The position numbers were made by a program, and so were the translations under genes. Shown piece after piece: positions 59,966-64,000 of a DNA stretch of 64,000 nt; position 1 is the stretch's first letter, and each line of letters starts with the position of its first letter. A model generated the notes under the pieces. That model worked only from the letters and a program-made list of their open reading frames with translations. It had not been told where the DNA came from and searched no databases. Source of the DNA: Nitrospirota bacterium (GTDB lineage: Bacteria; Nitrospirota; Thermodesulfovibrionia; Thermodesulfovibrionales; SM23-35); NCBI GenBank assembly GCA_963796125.1, contig CAWCKM010000045.1, positions 30,226 through 94,225 of the forward strand. The letters are read 5' to 3'.

Positions 59966-60450
59966 TGCATGACAAACTCTGTAAAATAAAGGTTTTTAAT
60001 AACGTCTTTCCCGATGGTTTGATTCGCCCTGAGTAGAAGTTCATCCTTTAACTGGAGTTTCCCTTCAGGACTTGCGATTGATTCGATAGATTTGCTGCTC
60101 AAAAGGATGATAATCGCATCTTTGATTTGGGGGATGTTATTTTCGACCACCTGCTGAGAGGAAGGATCAGTAAGCTCGAAATGTATGGTTACCTTCAGGA
60201 ACCTTCCTTGTTCGGCAAGGTTCAGTACAAAAGGATCAAGGGCAACAAGGAGGGCCTTCTCCTCTTTCTTTTTGTCCGTTTCCCCCTCAGCAGCCCCTTT
60301 TTTACTGAGGAGCATTGTGTAGGCGAAGAAACCGCTTATTGAAAAGACCAGCAGTGCGCCGGCAATGATTATGATCAGTTTCTTCTTGCTTTTTTTTGGT
60401 TTTTCCGCCTGGGTTTGTTCAGATTCGCTATTGACCGACTCCTCTGCCAT
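59962..60450 (-). CDS. fliL: Flagellar basal-body-associated protein FliL
   Basis: Start set at MAEESVN (ATG at 60450, GGAGG 9 nt upstream). TM helix and the FliL motif (LDPFVLNLAEQGRFLKV). Confidence 0.8.
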   Translation of the reverse strand: MAEESVNSESEQTQAEKPKKSKKKLIIIIAGALLVFSISGFFAYTMLLSKKGAAEGETDKKKEEKALLVALDPFVLNLAEQGRFLKVTIHFELTDPSSQQVVENNIPQIKDAIIILLSSKSIESIASPEGKLQLKDELLLRANQTIGKDVIKNLYFTEFVMQ

Positions 60451-60806
60451 ATGTTTTAACCTCCAATTTTTAAGAGTTCGTCCTGCTGTTAACAAGGAAC
60501 ATGCCTATTAGTAACCTGTTGAAAAATAGACATAATTTTGAAAAGGGAGGCAGTGAATCTATGTCAAAGAAATGACTGAGTGATAGATTTCCAACCAAAA
60601 GAGACCATCATACCAAGTCTCGCAGTTGCTGTATTTCTTTGAGTAATATTCTGAAATGTGTCTTGGTATTTTATTCCGCAATCTAAACTCGTAAGCAAGA
60701 ATTATCAATCATAGAATGTCATATTTGATTCTCAAAAAATACAGCTCTTGACGTTTAACGTGTAACGTTATAAGTTAATAACCGACTACCATTAAGGAGT
60801 AAACAT

Positions 60807-61112
60807 ATGAAGAAGAAAAAATTGCATCCCGTACACCCGGGAGAGGTTCTCTTTGAAGAATTTCTTAAGCCTATGGGTTTGAGTCAAAACAAACTTGCTC
60901 TGAATATCGGTGTGCCGCCGCGGAGAATAAACGAAATAGTTCTTGAAAAGAGAAAGATTACTGCTGATACTGCTCTTAGACTTGCGCGGTTTTTCGGAAC
61001 ATCCTCGGAGTTCTGGCTTGGTTTGCAGGCTCAATATGACCTGGATGTTGCTGCCGATGAACTCGGCGACCGTCTTGAGAAAGAAGTCAAGGTATATTCA
61101 CAGGTTGCATGA
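60807..61112 (+). CDS. higA: HigA-family antitoxin (XRE HTH), no cognate higB detected
   Basis: HPGEVLFEEFLKPMGLSQNKLALNIGVPPRRINEIVLEKRKITADTALRLARFFGTSSEFWLGLQ is the HigA signature. The upstream 300 nt has no intact ORF. Confidence 0.85.
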   Translation: MKKKKLHPVHPGEVLFEEFLKPMGLSQNKLALNIGVPPRRINEIVLEKRKITADTALRLARFFGTSSEFWLGLQAQYDLDVAADELGDRLEKEVKVYSQVA

Positions 61113-61189
61113 AATACTGAACAGCCGAATCATAGAAATTTCCTCCCAAAATTCATTATTAGGAACCAAAAAGTAAACAATGCTTTCTT

Positions 61190-61343
61190 CACCCGCAAGT
61201 CCTCGCCTTGGGTCACACGGTGTGTGACCAATCATGGAAACTGGGCTTGCGTGGTCCATTTATCGGCATCTTCTGCGCGTGAATAAACATGAGGCACGCG
61301 CATTCTACACAAGACAGTATCAAGACAGTATTAAAGAAAAAAA
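61190..61343 (+). pseudogene. DUF1016/YhcG-like nuclease gene remnant, truncated at the IS end
   Basis: LAWSIYRHLLRVNKHEARAFY resembles the conserved LSWSHYR.LL.V.D..AR.FY motif. The preceding LALGHTV resembles PWGHN. The frame is broken and ends in the IS inverted repeat. Confidence 0.3.
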
Positions 61344-62394
61344 GGGACGGTTGTACTAGCTCACTAATTCAGTAACTTTTTGGAGTTTATCAAAAGGTGT
61401 TTCATAGTTCAAGCCCCCGTGTTTTCTCAGATGATTATATTCAAATAAGAAGTTTCCAAGATTCATACTCAGATCCTCTTCTGATTCGAACGAATTAGGA
61501 TAAAAGAACTCATTTTTGATTATCTTCCAGAAGGCCTCTACTTTTCCATTTGTCTGAGGTCTATAAGGCTTAGTACATAGATGTTTTATCCCTAATTCAT
61601 AGCACATTGTCTCAAAAGGATGCTCTCTCTCAAGTGTACCCTTGAATTCAGGGCCATTGTCAGACATCACAGCTTCAAACTCAAAGTTATATATCTGTTT
61701 AAACCATGATAAGGAACGAGTCATAAAGTATGTAAGGGTCGAGGACCTTCTGTCTTTGATTATTTCAGCATAGGTTAGCCTTGTACAATCATCACAACAC
61801 GCCGCAACATACCTTTCCTTGACCTTGAAAGAGCATCTTATATCTTTTGGAATCTTGGTTATATCTATATGCGCAAGTTCCCCGGGTGTCTGCTTCTCAT
61901 AACGCTTAATTACCTTCTTCTGAGCCTGATTTAATGGATATCTTGCTTTTATCCTATCCATTGTAGCCGGAGAAGGCGTCTTATCCAGATAGTAAGGCTT
62001 AAAAAGAAGAACAAGCTCGTACCTATTTGAGCCAAATCTTCTGTAAGCCTTGATTATATTGCGCTCTATATCTTTAGGTGTTCGTCTTGAACCAGGCTTG
62101 GCGCCTCTTTTACAAGGAAGAACTGATTCAGCCTTCTTCCCTCCTTGGATCCATTTAACATAGTATCGCCTTAGTTCTTTTGCGCTTATATGATGTGCTC
62201 TGCAGAGGTCTTTTACAAACTTAAAGGGTCGCGGCGTTATCTTGGATTTTGTCTGCTCATATTCTTTTAAAATCGGCAACCATCTTTTAAGAATAATCTG
62301 GTACTCGTAATGCATATCAGGCCTCCTTTGGTCATTTTTTACTTTACCAAAAGAGTTACCTAATTAATGAGCATGAACAACGGTTGTCCCTTTT
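61341..62394 (-). mobile_element. IS481-family insertion sequence (~1.05 kb)
   Basis: A single DDE/rve transposase ORF flanked by imperfect ~40-bp terminal inverted repeats: AAAGGGAC..GGTTGTACTAGCTCACTAATT at 61341, and its reverse complement ending at 62394. No clear target duplication. Confidence 0.75.
61356..62315 (-). CDS. IS481-family transposase (HTH + rve integrase core)
   Basis: 319 aa. HIDITKIP (D), SDNGPEFK (D) and YRPQTNGKVEAFW (E) make up the DDE triad context. Confidence 0.9.
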   Translation of the reverse strand: MHYEYQIILKRWLPILKEYEQTKSKITPRPFKFVKDLCRAHHISAKELRRYYVKWIQGGKKAESVLPCKRGAKPGSRRTPKDIERNIIKAYRRFGSNRYELVLLFKPYYLDKTPSPATMDRIKARYPLNQAQKKVIKRYEKQTPGELAHIDITKIPKDIRCSFKVKERYVAACCDDCTRLTYAEIIKDRRSSTLTYFMTRSLSWFKQIYNFEFEAVMSDNGPEFKGTLEREHPFETMCYELGIKHLCTKPYRPQTNGKVEAFWKIIKNEFFYPNSFESEEDLSMNLGNFLFEYNHLRKHGGLNYETPFDKLQKVTELVS

Positions 62395-62560
62395 AAGTTT
62401 AAAAGATATGAAAGAGAAGGAAAATACAACCACCATTTTAAAAATTTGATATTTGTTGCTATAAAGAACTTTATGCAACGGTTCATTTTCAAAAAAACTC
62501 AGTCCAAAAATGTTATATTGGAACAATGAAAATCAGTAAATATTCGTATAAGTTGCGGCC

Positions 62561-63625
62561 ATGACCAAGCCATCTTTATATGGAATAACGCATTCAAACC
62601 GTGATTTCTCAGATGCCTATTACTGGGGTAAAAATCAGTTCAATTCTTCTTTCCCTGTTGCTCTATCCTGCTTCATGAGAGATGCTGGCATTAATCCCGT
62701 ATATCTCAGACTCAATAGCGGCAGGAAAATATTTCATGAGGAAATTACGGTTAGCGATCTTTTTAACACAAAGTTGTCAAACGACAAGCTTTATTTCTCT
62801 TTTGAATCCCGCTTTGAACCATTCAAGCAATTCGTTCATGACGAATTAGAAGCAATTGATTTGGTTGTCATGAATGCCTCAACTAATGACTGCTTGCAGC
62901 CTCTCGAAATCAAGCTGACAACTTTACCGGATAATACGACGGAGGGTCTTCCAGAGGATGAATACGGCTGCGAGCTTGTTATTCGCTCTGCAACCATGCG
63001 TTACATGGCTCTTTCAATGGCACAATCGCTTCAGAAGAAAACAAAAGAAATAAGAGATATTTTTGAGCCAGCGTGTTTGAAGGTTCGAGGCTGGGATAAC
63101 GCCGATGAAATCAGGAACAAAATGCCTGCAATTCTGGAGGTGCTTGAAGCGTTTATCTCAAAATATAGGAGATATGAAAAGCCGTTCCTAATGCAGCCCA
63201 TCTGGAAAACAATCGGGAAGTCGCCTGTTTTAGCGGACAACTGTTTGGATATATTTATTTGGAGCGACTTTGCTTTAACTCGGCTGTTCATGGATTCCGC
63301 ATTAGAAAACGATTCTCCACGAATTAGTCGTCAGCAAAGAGCTGCAGTTCGGCTTGCAAGGTTTCTTTTCGAGGTTTCAAGGGCTGGGAAAGTATATCAA
63401 GAACCAATTTACGACGGAATGAGTCTTGGCAATCAAACAGACAAAGAGTTTGCCATATCCGGCAATAAAACGCATTCATACATGAAATGTCAAAGACTAA
63501 CAAAACCGATTATCCACAAGAATCAAATCAGGAAAATAATACTTGGCGGCGGGCAAAAGTATTTGAGTCCTGAGAGACGGTTTGATGCTATTATTTATTT
63601 CTCTACAGACTTATTTGACGAGTAG
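62561..63625 (+). CDS. Type II restriction endonuclease (PD-(D/E)XK; family not assignable by eye)
   Basis: 354-aa ORF ending 9 nt before a C5-methyltransferase gene. Contains AIDLVV...(16 aa)...LEIKL, a plausible D...ExK catalytic motif. Confidence 0.65.
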   Translation: MTKPSLYGITHSNRDFSDAYYWGKNQFNSSFPVALSCFMRDAGINPVYLRLNSGRKIFHEEITVSDLFNTKLSNDKLYFSFESRFEPFKQFVHDELEAIDLVVMNASTNDCLQPLEIKLTTLPDNTTEGLPEDEYGCELVIRSATMRYMALSMAQSLQKKTKEIRDIFEPACLKVRGWDNADEIRNKMPAILEVLEAFISKYRRYEKPFLMQPIWKTIGKSPVLADNCLDIFIWSDFALTRLFMDSALENDSPRISRQQRAAVRLARFLFEVSRAGKVYQEPIYDGMSLGNQTDKEFAISGNKTHSYMKCQRLTKPIIHKNQIRKIILGGGQKYLSPERRFDAIIYFSTDLFDE

Positions 63626-63634
63626 GTAACATTT

Positions 63635-64000
63635 ATGCGCTTAAAAACAATAGATTTATTTTCTGGCGGCGGCGGTCTTTCTTTAGGATTTATTAACGCA
63701 GGCTTTGACATTGTAGCGGCTTATGACAATTGGCTTCCGGCCATTTTGTTATATAAGCTTAATTTCAAGCATCCAATTTACGACATCAACCTATCAAGCA
63801 AAGAAGTAATTGAAAGCATTCGCCAATTTGACCCCGATATTGTTATCGGCGGCCCCCCATGTCAGGATTTTTCTTCTGCTGGCAAAAGAGATGAAAATTT
63901 GGGTAGGGCCGATCTTACTATTGCATTTGCAAATATAATTAAGAACATTCTTCCTCCTTTTTTTGTAATGGAAAATGTTGATCGAGCTTTTAAAAGTAAG
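63635..64000 (+). CDS. dcm: DNA (cytosine-5)-methyltransferase, N-terminal part (runs off right edge)
   Basis: Motif I DLFSGGGGLSLGF, motif IV GGPPCQDFS and motif VI-like FVMENV. Confidence 0.9.
   Translation, partial: MRLKTIDLFSGGGGLSLGFINAGFDIVAAYDNWLPAILLYKLNFKHPIYDINLSSKEVIESIRQFDPDIVIGGPPCQDFSSAGKRDENLGRADLTIAFANIIKNILPPFFVMENVDRAFKSK

Noticed and set aside
60540-60806. A higB toxin gene upstream of higA
   Set aside because: All frames are broken by stops within ~25 codons. Only a vague resemblance remains to a HigB C-terminus (..SIIECHI versus ..DYEDYH). That is insufficient to call even a pseudogene.

Overview
This is a 64-kb chromosomal segment from a low-GC Gram-negative bacterium. 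Hand-counted 60-nt backbone lines give about 35-45% GC. The lineage cannot be assigned by eye.

Layout:
- 0-14.6 kb: parB/parA, birA-coaX, assorted housekeeping genes, and a minus-strand run folP-metK-ahcY-MOSC-moaB-ccdA.
- 14.6-21.5 kb: a GC-richer accessory island wedged between folP and ftsH. It holds a PIN/AbrB toxin-antitoxin pair, a brnT remnant, a decayed tadE-tadE-tadG(vWA) operon, a decayed Phd/PIN pair and a GH13 alpha-amylase.
- 21.5-34 kb: ftsH, rph, murI, GerMN protein, amidase, tmRNA (tag ANNELALAA) with smpB, ugd, a GT2 glycosyltransferase, hisA/hisF, a PP-loop ATPase and rfaE.
- 34.5-60.5 kb: a large flagellar/motility cluster. It contains motAB, a YcgR-like PilZ protein, an Asp-less receiver, flagellin with flbT/flaF, flgLKNM, flgJ plus an M23 peptidase, flgIHAGF, fliA, flhGFAB and fliRQPONML. 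Four sigma-28-type promoter matches and one sigma-54 match sit in sensible positions.
- 60.8-64 kb: orphan higA, a DUF1016 remnant, an IS481-family IS and a type II restriction-modification pair.

I did not find a clear-cut novel multi-gene system. The non-standard signals are:
1. About 25 reading-frame lesions, including in essential genes. Some map to homopolymers, so many are probably sequencing errors.
2. In-frame TGA codons in hisA and hisF, and a repeat-derived 120-nt insertion inside hisF.
3. A modular nested-hairpin repeat family.
4. STRR-like heptanucleotide tandem arrays in short intergenic spacers and inside the signal-peptide coding parts of flgI and flgA.
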